Both the position numbers and the translations under genes were made by a program. From Waddliaceae bacterium (lineage in GTDB: Bacteria > Chlamydiota > Chlamydiia > Chlamydiales > Waddliaceae): a stretch of 64,000 nt of DNA. Shown one piece after another: positions 1-9,527 of the stretch; position 1 is the first letter of the stretch, and each line of letters starts with the position of its first letter. Where the stretch lies: NCBI GenBank assembly GCA_963724325.1, contig CAVRUH010000005.1, positions 96,001-160,000 on the forward strand, read 5' to 3'. The notes under the pieces are model-generated. The model was not told the origin of the DNA and ran no database searches. It was given only the letters and a program-made list of their open reading frames with translations.

Positions 1-562
1 AATGATTGCCCGTATGGAATGGGGACTCGTAGCACAGGTGGGAATACCTGAACTAGAAACCCGCGTAGCCATCATTCAAAGTAAAGCTCAACAAAAAGGG
101 CTCGATTTATCAAGCGATGTAGCCTTTTTTATTGCCGAACACATCTATAATAACGTCCGTCAGCTAGAAGGAGCGATCAATAAATTGAGCGCCCACTGTC
201 GACTCCTTAACATGAAGATTACCGAAGAGCTTGTTTCGAAAACTCTACGGGAAATGATGCAAAGCGCCCCTTCCAAAAAGATTTCTGTAGAACAAATTTT
301 GAATGCCGTTGCTTCAGTATTCCAAGTCAGAGTCACCGACCTAAAAGGGTCAACAAGAACTAAAGAGATAGCATTACCCCGTCAAGTAGCTATGTACTTG
401 GCCTGCAGATTGATCTCGGGTACCTTGCAAATGCTAAGCGATTCATTCGGTAAAACACACTCGACGATTCTACATGCCTGCAAAACCATCGAGAAAAAGG
501 TCGCCCTAGACGAGACCCTCCGTCGTCAAATCGGCATGGTCGAAAGAAATATCAATTCCTAG
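1..562 (+). CDS. dnaA: Chromosomal replication initiator DnaA, C-terminal part (5' truncated by window edge)
   Basis: End of AAA+ domain (NVRQLEGA) and domain IV ([15 protein letters not shown]...KTHSTILHA). Confidence 0.95.
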   Translation, partial: MIARMEWGLVAQVGIPELETRVAIIQSKAQQKGLDLSSDVAFFIAEHIYNNVRQLEGAINKLSAHCRLLNMKITEELVSKTLREMMQSAPSKKISVEQILNAVASVFQVRVTDLKGSTRTKEIALPRQVAMYLACRLISGTLQMLSDSFGKTHSTILHACKTIEKKVALDETLRRQIGMVERNINS

Positions 563-576
563 TCAAAAGAATTCCT

Positions 577-620
577 AAAAGGGCAAAAAAGACATAAATT
601 ATGTTCTTTTTTGCCCTTTT
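577..620 (+). terminator. Hairpin after dnaA, probable intrinsic terminator
   Basis: 16-bp arms aaaagggcaaaaaaga / tcttttttgccctttt followed by T-rich sequence. Confidence 0.6.
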
Positions 621-656
621 TGCCCCTTTTTTAAAGATTCCGTTTAAAAATATTAC

Positions 657-685
657 TTGTTGTATAATTTATTTAATTTTATAAT
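657..685 (+). promoter_or_regulatory. sigma66/sigma70-type promoter of the chaperone-kinase unit
   Basis: TTGTTG-N17-TATAAT; similar copy at 3101-3129. Confidence 0.6.
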
Positions 686-744
686 AGAGGTATGGTGAGT
701 TAGGTTTTTAATTAAGTAAAAATGATAAGATTTTGGGGCTTGTT

Positions 745-1443
745 ATGAATAGAAATGATGATTTGGATATAATTGCAAGACAAAGACTACGCTCCAACGT
801 GAGCATGGTCTCTCAAGAATTAAAATCGGATAAATCCCGTGAGGAACAGTTGTCCTCCGAAAAGCGCATTCTGTTGAATCGTGATTTGAAAAATTTTAAA
901 AATGGATATGAAACAATAATAAAATTCTTGAATGAAGATCCCAAATTTTTCCAAAATTACGAACTTCAGGAAATGAATATTGCATTGGGATTGGAAGATT
1001 GTATTATCGATAACTCCCATCTAAAAATCCTAAATGACTTAGAAGCTTTCTCCAAAGTTATTTCTGGAACTTCAACAATCCAACAATTATGGAATATATC
1101 ATCAGATGTTCTTGTTGTGTATTACGTAATCGGTGATAGCCTGTTTCAAGAAAAGAAATTTTTAGATGCCGAAAATGTCTTTACATTTTTGACTCAAGTT
1201 AATCCTTATATTTATTCCTTCTGGATATGCAAGGGAAGATCTAATGAATCTCAAGAAAAGTGGGAAGATGCTCTTATCAGTTTTCAAATGGCACAGTCAA
1301 TAAACCCCGAACATCCCCTATCACATGAAGGACTCATTCGAGTATATGAAAATATCGGCAAGACTGAAGAGTTAGATAATTGCATTAATTTAGTTTTAAA
1401 AACTCCGGAAATAAGAGAAAAAATTATGCCGGAAAATGAGTAG
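745..1443 (+). CDS. TPR protein, SycD/LcrH-like type III secretion chaperone
   Basis: TPR pattern YVIGDSLFQEKKFLDAENVFTFLTQVNPY...FWICKG...AQSINPEHP; ATG at 745 preferred over TTG at 733. Confidence 0.7.
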   Translation: MNRNDDLDIIARQRLRSNVSMVSQELKSDKSREEQLSSEKRILLNRDLKNFKNGYETIIKFLNEDPKFFQNYELQEMNIALGLEDCIIDNSHLKILNDLEAFSKVISGTSTIQQLWNISSDVLVVYYVIGDSLFQEKKFLDAENVFTFLTQVNPYIYSFWICKGRSNESQEKWEDALISFQMAQSINPEHPLSHEGLIRVYENIGKTEELDNCINLVLKTPEIREKIMPENE

Positions 1444-1452
1444 GTCATTTAA

Positions 1453-3015
1453 ATGAATGTTAATAATTGGCAACGTGCAGCCCCTCAAATTGGTGTCACT
1501 CAGCCCGCTGTAACAGGCGAAGTTACTGAGATTAAAAAGACTCAGGTGTTGTTAGCCGCCCGCAGAGGAGCCAATAATGATAAGCCTGGTCCGCCAGCCA
1601 AAGAAGTAAAAAAAGAAATAGACGGCAATAACAATGCGAAGCGTCCTCAAGCAAAGGCAACTGGTGAGCCGGAAAAGGCAGTGTCATCTAGACCTCCTCA
1701 AGCAGTACATGGGAAGGCGTTGCCAGTGCCAGTCAGACCGCAACAAGCGATGCTTGGGAAGGCCTTGCCAGGGATGCCAACAAAAGCCGATAAACCTGCA
1801 CCTGGAAAGCGTTCGGAGCCGGAAGTTATTAAGGGAATGATCACCCAATTTGAGAGATTAAAAGGAAAATCTCTGAGTCAGGATGAAAAAGCACGCATTA
1901 CAGCTATGGTACAGGGAATGGTAAAAGTTTCCAAAAAATTAGATCCTTCCAACAAAAAATTCATTGAAACGAAGATGAATATCGGGGGTACCGAGTATAA
2001 AACTATGATAAATAGCAAATTGAAAGTTAAGGTGTATCTACCAGATGAAAAAGTTGGGATACTTGGAAAAGGAGGCTTTGGAATTGTTAAGGAAGTGGGA
2101 ATGATAATTAAAGGTACTGCAGCCCCAGTAGGAATCGCAGAAAAGACTGCTGTGGGGGCAGCAGTGGGCGATCTAAATACAGAGAATCGTTTGTTAACAA
2201 AGATTAATGATCTTGCTAAGAAAGAGGGAATATCCTTGGCGATACAAAAAAAACCTCACATATTCACTAATTTTAAAAATGGCGAGAGCAGCTATGAAAC
2301 CACAAAGCACCATGGGGATCTGTCTCCTAAAAGACTGGTTTCAATGTCTCAGGATGAAAAAGGAAGTTATGGGCTTGATAATACTAAAGGCCTTGCTAAA
2401 ATCGGTGAAGATCTAATGACAGCCATAGCATTCGCGCACAAGAATGGTGTGGCTCATAGGGACATTAAAATGGATAACCTTGCTTTTGGACAAATTAAAT
2501 CAGGAAAAGGAAGGATAGAGGTTCATGACCTCGGATTAGCAGCAGACAGGATCAATCTAAAGGAGGCAGGCATTGGTGGAACTCCAACCCATATGACACA
2601 CTTAGATGATGCACGTCAAAGGGCGGAAAGAAATCCTGCAAATCGCTTAGAATTACAAAAAAAACAAGATTCGTTTGGAATGTGCCATACTCTTCTTACA
2701 CTTTTAGACACCGCCATAACCAAGAAAGTACCATATACAATGAATGATGGTAATATAACTCCAGAGAAAGGTTGGGTAGGAGATTTCCTTAAACTCACTC
2801 GAGCTTGGGGTGATGCTGATTCAGGAAAAAACCCTGCTGAACAACCTAGCATGAAGGACTTATTAAAAAATATTGAAAAAACGATGGGAAAAGGATTCAC
2901 TGATGTTTTAAAAGGAATGATGCATCCAGATCCAAATAAGAGGATGCCAGTCGATGAAGCCCTGGCTGCATGGCAAAAAGCTAGCGACGCGATAAAAACC
3001 GGTGTAAAATTATAA
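1453..3015 (+). CDS. Hanks-type Ser/Thr protein kinase with low-complexity N-terminus (candidate effector)
   Basis: GKGGFG, IAEK, HRDIKMDN, DLG, GTP motifs. Confidence 0.85.
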   Translation: MNVNNWQRAAPQIGVTQPAVTGEVTEIKKTQVLLAARRGANNDKPGPPAKEVKKEIDGNNNAKRPQAKATGEPEKAVSSRPPQAVHGKALPVPVRPQQAMLGKALPGMPTKADKPAPGKRSEPEVIKGMITQFERLKGKSLSQDEKARITAMVQGMVKVSKKLDPSNKKFIETKMNIGGTEYKTMINSKLKVKVYLPDEKVGILGKGGFGIVKEVGMIIKGTAAPVGIAEKTAVGAAVGDLNTENRLLTKINDLAKKEGISLAIQKKPHIFTNFKNGESSYETTKHHGDLSPKRLVSMSQDEKGSYGLDNTKGLAKIGEDLMTAIAFAHKNGVAHRDIKMDNLAFGQIKSGKGRIEVHDLGLAADRINLKEAGIGGTPTHMTHLDDARQRAERNPANRLELQKKQDSFGMCHTLLTLLDTAITKKVPYTMNDGNITPEKGWVGDFLKLTRAWGDADSGKNPAEQPSMKDLLKNIEKTMGKGFTDVLKGMMHPDPNKRMPVDEALAAWQKASDAIKTGVKL

Positions 3016-3100
3016 TATTTCCCTATTGAAATAATTCTTATTAGTCCTTTTTTGTCAAGACTCAATTAATATAATAAAATTTTCAATTAAATAAATAAAC

Positions 3101-3129
3101 TTGTTGTAAAAATTATTTTATTTTATAAT
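3101..3129 (+). promoter_or_regulatory. sigma66/sigma70-type promoter of the second kinase
   Basis: TTGTTG-N17-TATAAT, similar to 657-685. Confidence 0.6.
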
Positions 3130-3187
3130 TAGTATATAGGCTGAGGTGTTTTATATAATTAAATTGGTTATTTAAAGGAGCAATCCA

Positions 3188-4801
3188 ATGAACGTGGATC
3201 GTCCAATCCATCAAGCAGTCCCTCAAACTGGAGCAGCACCTGTTAAACCAGGTGAGATTAATGAGGCTGAAAAGGCTTGGCTGAAGAATTTCGCTAAAAA
3301 AGAAGGTGGTAATAATAGGCCGGGTCCCCCAGCTCGTGAAGTAAAAAAAGAAGTAATTTCACAAAACAATGCAGGAGCGAATAAAGTAGGAGCAACTCCC
3401 GCTAAAACAGGAAAGGTTGAAGAATTTCGCCAGGCTTTGCTGAAGAAACCACTTTTTAAAGCTGGCTTTGATAAAACCCCTGGTCCTTCATCCAGTGCAG
3501 TAAAAAAAGAAGGAGTAGATCAAAATAATGCGAAGGTGTCACCTAGATCATCACAAGCTGTAAGTGGGAAACCCTTGCCAGTGCCTCGTAAGCTTTCGGA
3601 GAAGGAAGTTATTACGGGATTGAACAATCAGTTCGAAAAATTAAAGGGAAAATCACTGAGTCGGGATGAAAAGACACGCATTGAAGTTATGGTAAAGACA
3701 ATGGTGAAAATTGCTAAACCTTCTGACAAAGCTTTCCGGGCCATAAAGATGAATATTGGGGGTACCGAGTATAAAACTATGATAAATAGCAAATTGAAAG
3801 TTAGGGTGTATTTACCTGATGCAAAAGTTAAAACACTTGGACAGGGCGCCATGGGAATTGTTAAGGAAGTGGGAGTGTTGCTTAAGGGTACCGCTTCAAT
3901 AGCAATTGCAAAAAAAACTACTCTTGATTCACAGGCAAAAAGTAGTCTTAGAACTGAGAATCGCATATTAACAGAACTTCATGATCTTGCAAAGAAAGAG
4001 GGAGTTTCATTGGCGGTGCAAAAGAAACCTCACGTTTATACCGACATTAAAAATGCTGAGAGCAGCTACGAAACCACCAAGCACCGTGGGGATCTGGATC
4101 CTAAAAACATGCTTTCATTGTCTGATGATGAAAAAAGAAAATATGGGCTTGATAATACTAAAAGCCTTGCTAATATCGGTGTAAATCTGTTGAAAACTAT
4201 AGCTTTCGGACATAAACATGGTATAACTCACAGGGACCTCAAAGTGGAAAACCTTGCTTTTGGACAGGATAAGCTCGGAAATGGAATGATAGGGGTCTAT
4301 GACTGGGGATTAGCTTCAGACAGGAAAAATCAAAGTGGGGCAGGCATTGCCGGAACACCAAACCATTTTACAGATTTAGATAGGGAACTTCAACTTGACC
4401 AAATCAAAGCTGAGTTGCCAGATGAAATACTTCTCGAGAAGTTGCGACAAAAACAAGATTCATTTGGAATGTGTCATACCCTTCTTATACTTTTAGACAC
4501 AGCTATAACCAAGGAAGCACCTTATTTACTCAATGAAGAAGGCAACGTAACTCATGAAAAAACTTGGGAAACAGTTTTCCAAGATTATACTTTAGGCGGC
4601 GATCGAACAGGTAACCCAGCCGATGCGCCCGATGTAGAGGAATTATTAGCAGATATTGAGAAAGCAATGGGAAAAGGATTCACTGAGGTTTTAACAAAAA
4701 TGATGGATCCTGATCCTATAGCTAGGATGCCAGTCGATCAAGCCCTCGCACTATGGCAACAAGCTACTGACGCAATAAAAACCGGTGTAAATTTATTATA
4801 A
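3188..4801 (+). CDS. Hanks-type Ser/Thr protein kinase, tandem paralog of 1453-3015
   Basis: GQGAMG, IAKK, HRDLKVEN, DWG, GTP; shares KMNIGGTEYKTMINSKLKV and QKQDSFGMCHTLL-type blocks with the upstream kinase. Confidence 0.85.
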   Translation: MNVDRPIHQAVPQTGAAPVKPGEINEAEKAWLKNFAKKEGGNNRPGPPAREVKKEVISQNNAGANKVGATPAKTGKVEEFRQALLKKPLFKAGFDKTPGPSSSAVKKEGVDQNNAKVSPRSSQAVSGKPLPVPRKLSEKEVITGLNNQFEKLKGKSLSRDEKTRIEVMVKTMVKIAKPSDKAFRAIKMNIGGTEYKTMINSKLKVRVYLPDAKVKTLGQGAMGIVKEVGVLLKGTASIAIAKKTTLDSQAKSSLRTENRILTELHDLAKKEGVSLAVQKKPHVYTDIKNAESSYETTKHRGDLDPKNMLSLSDDEKRKYGLDNTKSLANIGVNLLKTIAFGHKHGITHRDLKVENLAFGQDKLGNGMIGVYDWGLASDRKNQSGAGIAGTPNHFTDLDRELQLDQIKAELPDEILLEKLRQKQDSFGMCHTLLILLDTAITKEAPYLLNEEGNVTHEKTWETVFQDYTLGGDRTGNPADAPDVEELLADIEKAMGKGFTEVLTKMMDPDPIARMPVDQALALWQQATDAIKTGVNLL

Positions 4802-4803
4802 TC

Positions 4804-6015
4804 CTAACCCAATTGTGTCTTTGTTGAAGAGGGCGGCATCGTTTGCATGACACTTTCGAGGGCGGAAAACTCTTCAATAACATTCTTGACATTTTGAATA
4901 ATCACCTGTGCATCCCGATGTGATGAAACTGGCTCAGCGGCAAAAAGGGCTTTTAATTGAATAAAAGGCAATAATAACATTTTAATGTTTGTCGTTTTGT
5001 CTTGTCTGAAAGTTTCCTTAGCGATTTCATGCATGTAATGGATAATACTGAGAAAAACATCTCTGATTTCAAGATATTGCAGATTTTTGTCCTGTACAAT
5101 CACTTTTCCTACTTCTAGCAAAGTCAGCGTGGTCCTGTCTGCCACTTCTTGCATTTTGTGTTCTTGAGCTAACTGAACGAATTTTCCCATGTAGTGCACT
5201 GGAAAGGCAACAAGCGAGATGTCAAATTGTGAAGAATATATCGCAATTTTTCCAAGCAATGCCATTAAATCGCTGCATAAGGGTTCCAGGCGTCCTTCTA
5301 GAGCCTTTTCATTAATCATTTCCAGCTTTTGAAACATGAAAAAAAGTGTGTAGCTAATAGGATCCGCTCCACCCACTTCTTTGGATTCCCCCTCATCTCT
5401 ATGAGCAATGCTTTTTTCAGATTCTAAAAATACCTTTATTATTTCACCCAGGCTATTCATTCCTTCTACAGCCAATGTAGTACTATTGCGTTCAATAGCT
5501 TTGATGGTGATCTCTGAAATGGCGTCGATCCATTTGCACAGTTCAAGTTCGTGAAAATTGGGAACGCTTGTTTTTGCATGTTGCGTGTACATGTCGAGAA
5601 CATGAAAAGGATCCAAAAACTGCATGATGCGGTGCATCGAATGGACTTTCATATCTATGGTAATCCCTAGAGCTAATGTCCAGATCATGATCAACGCATT
5701 GGGTTCGATTTTTTTCAAAAAGAGGATGTCTAAAGCGAAGAAATAGGAAAGAAAGAGAAATGCGGCCATGAGCAAATGCGTTAATTTAAAATTTTTATCG
5801 TTGCTGAAGGTTTCCATGATGCGCGGCGTCATATTTTTTTCAGCTTTTTGCAGAGGAATCCAAGCGAAAGCAATGATTAATATTTCTGAGATTAAGAGGG
5901 GGATCGGTACGATAATTAGTGCCAGTGCTATCCAGTTAAATCCCTGAATTCCTTCTAGAGAGAAAGGAAAAAAGTAAAGAAAAAGAACAATTACAAGCGA
6001 AAACAGCGTTGCCAT
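4804..6015 (-). CDS. Hypothetical membrane protein (N-terminal TM helices, helical C-terminus; possibly DUF2254-like)
   Basis: Long ORF with about 4 hydrophobic segments; ATG at 6015 after AGGAG. Confidence 0.7.
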   Translation of the reverse strand: MATLFSLVIVLFLYFFPFSLEGIQGFNWIALALIIVPIPLLISEILIIAFAWIPLQKAEKNMTPRIMETFSNDKNFKLTHLLMAAFLFLSYFFALDILFLKKIEPNALIMIWTLALGITIDMKVHSMHRIMQFLDPFHVLDMYTQHAKTSVPNFHELELCKWIDAISEITIKAIERNSTTLAVEGMNSLGEIIKVFLESEKSIAHRDEGESKEVGGADPISYTLFFMFQKLEMINEKALEGRLEPLCSDLMALLGKIAIYSSQFDISLVAFPVHYMGKFVQLAQEHKMQEVADRTTLTLLEVGKVIVQDKNLQYLEIRDVFLSIIHYMHEIAKETFRQDKTTNIKMLLLPFIQLKALFAAEPVSSHRDAQVIIQNVKNVIEEFSALESVMQTMPPSSTKTQLG

Positions 6016-6360
6016 ATTAGTACTCCTTATTAATGCCACTTATATTTTAAATCCCCATTTTGTGGCAACAAATGATTTTTTTAGGCAATCATTAGAGATA
6101 GCCATTCAGACAAAGAAAAAGGAAGCATCGAAGTAAAACAAAGTTTTGCGGAAATCGAAGGAGAAGATTTTTTTAGAATAGAAGATTTAAAGCAAGAAGT
6201 CATCAATGAAATCATGTGGTAGAGTATTTTGCCTTTTTCTAGAAGTTTAATTAGAAACTGTTGAGAAACATTTAATAGGTTCCCTGCTAATACAATTGTA
6301 TTTCTCTCTTGCGGGGAATGGGGAAAATTGAGAAAATGTATGAATAACGAGAGTTTTGAG

Positions 6361-6951
6361 ATGAAAAATTTAATTTTAAAGTCTGTGACTGATTCTATCG
6401 ATGCAGTGGCGCAATTGCAACAGCCTGATGCCATTAATTTTATCGAACAGGCTGCAATTATGCTCTCGGAGACCTTCCAGAGGGGAAATAAAGTTATCAT
6501 AGCCGGCAATGGGGGAAGCCTATGCGATGCCGCACACTTTGCTGAAGAGCTGACTGGCTTCTTCCGTTCTCACAGAGCCGCCTTGCCCGCCATTGCACTG
6601 ACCGAACCTGGTCATATCACCTGCACCGCCAACGATTTAAACTTCGAATCTGTATTTTCCAGAGGAGTCGAAGCTTATGGCAAAGAAGGCGACCTTTTCG
6701 TCGGTTTAACAACAAGCGGGAATTCACCCAATATCGTGAAAGCCTTCGAAACAGCCAAAAATCTGAATCTCAATACCATCGCTTTTCTTGGGAAAACAGG
6801 TGGAAAACTCAAAGGTGTGGCCGATTTAGAACTGATTATCCAAGGATTCTCAACTTCTGATCGAATCCAAGAGGCCCACATGTCAGCGATTCATATCATC
6901 ATTGAAATGACCGAATCTCTTCTCTTTGCGGAAAAGGTTGCGGCATTTTAA
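6361..6951 (+). CDS. gmhA: Phosphoheptose (sedoheptulose-7-phosphate) isomerase
   Basis: GNGGSLCDAAHFAEEL, TSGNSPN, DRIQEAH; start may be 6340. Confidence 0.93.
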   Translation: MKNLILKSVTDSIDAVAQLQQPDAINFIEQAAIMLSETFQRGNKVIIAGNGGSLCDAAHFAEELTGFFRSHRAALPAIALTEPGHITCTANDLNFESVFSRGVEAYGKEGDLFVGLTTSGNSPNIVKAFETAKNLNLNTIAFLGKTGGKLKGVADLELIIQGFSTSDRIQEAHMSAIHIIIEMTESLLFAEKVAAF

Positions 6952-6952
6952 A

Positions 6953-8059
6953 ATGAGCTGTGAACTGTATTTTCAAGAGATCATTAAGGGAAAAAAACAA
7001 GGTTTTATTCCGTTTCTGCTTAAAATTCCACTGTTTCTCTTGAGCTGCCTCTATTGCTTCGGAGTCTTTTGCCGCAACCGCGCATATGATCTCGGCTATG
7101 TTCGCCAATACACTCCACCGGTTCCTTGTGTCATTAGCATCGGAAATATTGCTGTCGGCGGTACTGGCAAAACGCCAGTGACGATTCTTTTAGCCAAGAA
7201 CTTTTCCAATGTATCAACCGTGGCCATTGCGTCTAGGGGGTATCGTTCTAAAGCGGAACGTCTTCCTGTGCCGGTACTGGTTAGCAAAGGAGAAGGGCCT
7301 ATTCTTCCCGCTTCGTACTGTGGGGACGAGCCGTTTCTATTGGCCGAGAACCTCCCTTTGGTACATGTTTTTTCAGGTAGAGATCGGTTGCAAGCCTCAG
7401 ATATGGCTGCACAGGCTGGAGCTCAAATATTAATTCTAGATGATGCTTTCCAACATAGGCAGCTGGCCAGAGATTTCGATATTGTCCTTTTGGACGCCGC
7501 CGAGCCTTTTGGAAAGGGACATTTTTTGCCATATGGCCTTTTAAGAGATAGTGCGAAGTCTTTATCACGCGCTCATTTGATTTTGTTAAATCACATTCAA
7601 GATACCTATCACTTTAATGAACTCAAAGAAGAAATAGCAAAATATTCAAAAGCTTCCGTTGTAGGAATCCGAATGGATGTCGAGAAGATTGTTGATGTTT
7701 CCGGGCAAAAGGTTGAAACGATTAGAGGTAGGAAAGTGGGGATATTTTGTGGAATTGCTCATCCCGAGAGGTTTCTTGCTACAGTGAAAGGTTTAGGCGC
7801 TGAGGTTGTGAAAGAAAAGTATTTTCCTGATCATTGTATGTTTGATCATGGTGTCCTTGCCCGATTTGCTGAGGATTGCCGTTTGGCAGGTGTCGACTTT
7901 TTGATTTGTTCCGAAAAAGATAAAGTAAAGCTTGATACCCATTTCAGTTTACCTGTATTTTGGGTCAAAATGGAAATGAATGTCGTTGAAGGGAACGAAA
8001 TTTGGAATTTATTTATTGAAAATGTGAAAAAGACACTTGACGCAAGAGTAATTAGATAG
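6953..8059 (+). CDS. lpxK: Tetraacyldisaccharide 4'-kinase
   Basis: SIGNIAVGGTGKTP, SRGY, GDEP, LDDAFQH, GIAHPERF, FPDH. Confidence 0.95.
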   Translation: MSCELYFQEIIKGKKQGFIPFLLKIPLFLLSCLYCFGVFCRNRAYDLGYVRQYTPPVPCVISIGNIAVGGTGKTPVTILLAKNFSNVSTVAIASRGYRSKAERLPVPVLVSKGEGPILPASYCGDEPFLLAENLPLVHVFSGRDRLQASDMAAQAGAQILILDDAFQHRQLARDFDIVLLDAAEPFGKGHFLPYGLLRDSAKSLSRAHLILLNHIQDTYHFNELKEEIAKYSKASVVGIRMDVEKIVDVSGQKVETIRGRKVGIFCGIAHPERFLATVKGLGAEVVKEKYFPDHCMFDHGVLARFAEDCRLAGVDFLICSEKDKVKLDTHFSLPVFWVKMEMNVVEGNEIWNLFIENVKKTLDARVIR

Positions 8060-8082
8060 TAAGTATTAATTTTTAAGTAAGA

Positions 8083-9345
8083 ATGGGAGAGAGCATGAAG
8101 CTTTGGATGAAAATTTTGGTAGCCCTTTTATTCGGTATCATTGTAGGTGGGCTGATACATAATTATGTAGGATCGGAAGTACCTCTGTTGATGGTTTTTA
8201 AGACCATTGGGGATATCTTTCTTAGAATGATTAATATGATCATTATAATCCTTGTACTTTCTTCGATGACACTTGGCATCACAAGCATTCATGACCCTCA
8301 GAAACTGGGAAGAGTTGGAGGAAAAACTTTACTCCTCTATTTTTCCACGACAATCGTAGCGATATTGATAGGTATAGGATTTGGGAAATTATTTCAACCT
8401 GGCGGAGGAATGAACTTTATTGCTTCCACGGATAAAGAAGTTATTAATGCACCATCTGTCTGGGATATGGTTTTATCGATAATTCCAAACAACCCTGTGG
8501 CCTCCATGGCGGAAGGAAATGTTCTGCAAATTATCGTATTTTCCTTATTCTTAGGAATCGCTATCAATTTCGCTGGAGAAAAGGGCAAACCATTGCGCAA
8601 TGTACTGGCATCAATTGCAGATGTGATGTATAGGCTCACTTCTATTGTAATGGAATTTTCACCCATCGGGGTTTTCGCTATTATGACATATGTGATTGGA
8701 ACTTTTGGATTAGCTCCTTTGTGGAATTTATCACAGTTTCTTTTCACTTACTATTTAGCCTGCTTATTTCAAGTATTAGCCGTTTTTTGTTCTATGCTCT
8801 GGTTTATGGGAAGGCTGCATCCATGGCCATTTTTCCGTGGAATGAGCGATGCGATGATGATGGCATTTTCCACTTCAAGCAGCTCTGCAACACTTCCTGT
8901 GTCTATGCATTGTGTTAAGGAAAATCTCGGTGTCACAAAAAATATTACGAATTTTGTTTTGCCTCTTGGATCCACTGTGAACATGAATGGAGCAGCAATT
9001 TTCCAGGGAATGGCAGCGATATTCATTGCCCAGGTATATAATATAGAATTAGGGTGGTACAGTTTGGCTACATTGGTTTTCACCGCAGCACTTTCCGCTA
9101 TAGGCGCTGCAGGGATTCCTGGATCAGGTTTTATCATGCTGACAGTTACCTTGGCTTCGGTCGGCCTTCCAATTGAGGGATTGGCTTTACTTGCCGGTAT
9201 AGATCGTGTGCGTGAAATGGGTTCTACAGTATTGAATATCCTAGGCGACGCAGTTTGCGCCGTGGTCATCGCCAAGCAGGAAGGCGAACTCGATGAACGA
9301 CAATACTATCACGAAAAGCTCGTCGAACTCGAAGGATACGAGTAA
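8083..9345 (+). CDS. gltT: Dicarboxylate/amino acid:cation symporter (GltT/GltP family)
   Basis: AFSTSSSSATLP, LPLGSTVNMNG, GAAGIPG motifs; chlamydial synteny with lpxK. Confidence 0.9.
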   Translation: MGESMKLWMKILVALLFGIIVGGLIHNYVGSEVPLLMVFKTIGDIFLRMINMIIIILVLSSMTLGITSIHDPQKLGRVGGKTLLLYFSTTIVAILIGIGFGKLFQPGGGMNFIASTDKEVINAPSVWDMVLSIIPNNPVASMAEGNVLQIIVFSLFLGIAINFAGEKGKPLRNVLASIADVMYRLTSIVMEFSPIGVFAIMTYVIGTFGLAPLWNLSQFLFTYYLACLFQVLAVFCSMLWFMGRLHPWPFFRGMSDAMMMAFSTSSSSATLPVSMHCVKENLGVTKNITNFVLPLGSTVNMNGAAIFQGMAAIFIAQVYNIELGWYSLATLVFTAALSAIGAAGIPGSGFIMLTVTLASVGLPIEGLALLAGIDRVREMGSTVLNILGDAVCAVVIAKQEGELDERQYYHEKLVELEGYE

Positions 9346-9381
9346 CGACCCTAGAAAACACTCTCATACTATTTTACAGGA

Positions 9382-9497
9382 CCTTTTCTCCTATCCTGCA
9401 TATCCTGTCGCGTGCGATCATGCATATCCTGTTATACCTTTAAAGAACAGGATATGCATGATCGCACGCGGCAGGATATGCAGGATAGGAGAAAAGG
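9382..9497. repeat. REP-like long hairpin between convergent gltT and icd
   Basis: 52-bp arms (9382-9433 / 9446-9497) with one mismatch and a 12-nt loop; same core motif as the array at 14834-15613. Confidence 0.9.
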
Positions 9498-9527
9498 ATT
9501 AGAAAAAGTTTGATGAAAGGTATCATA

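Noticed and set aside
563..744. oriC next to dnaA
   Set aside because: No cluster of DnaA boxes seen; the one perfect TTATCCACA noticed (57583-57591) is isolated within a coding region.
9293..9502. 69-aa ORF after gltT
   Set aside because: Translation of the REP-like hairpin, overlapping the gltT end.
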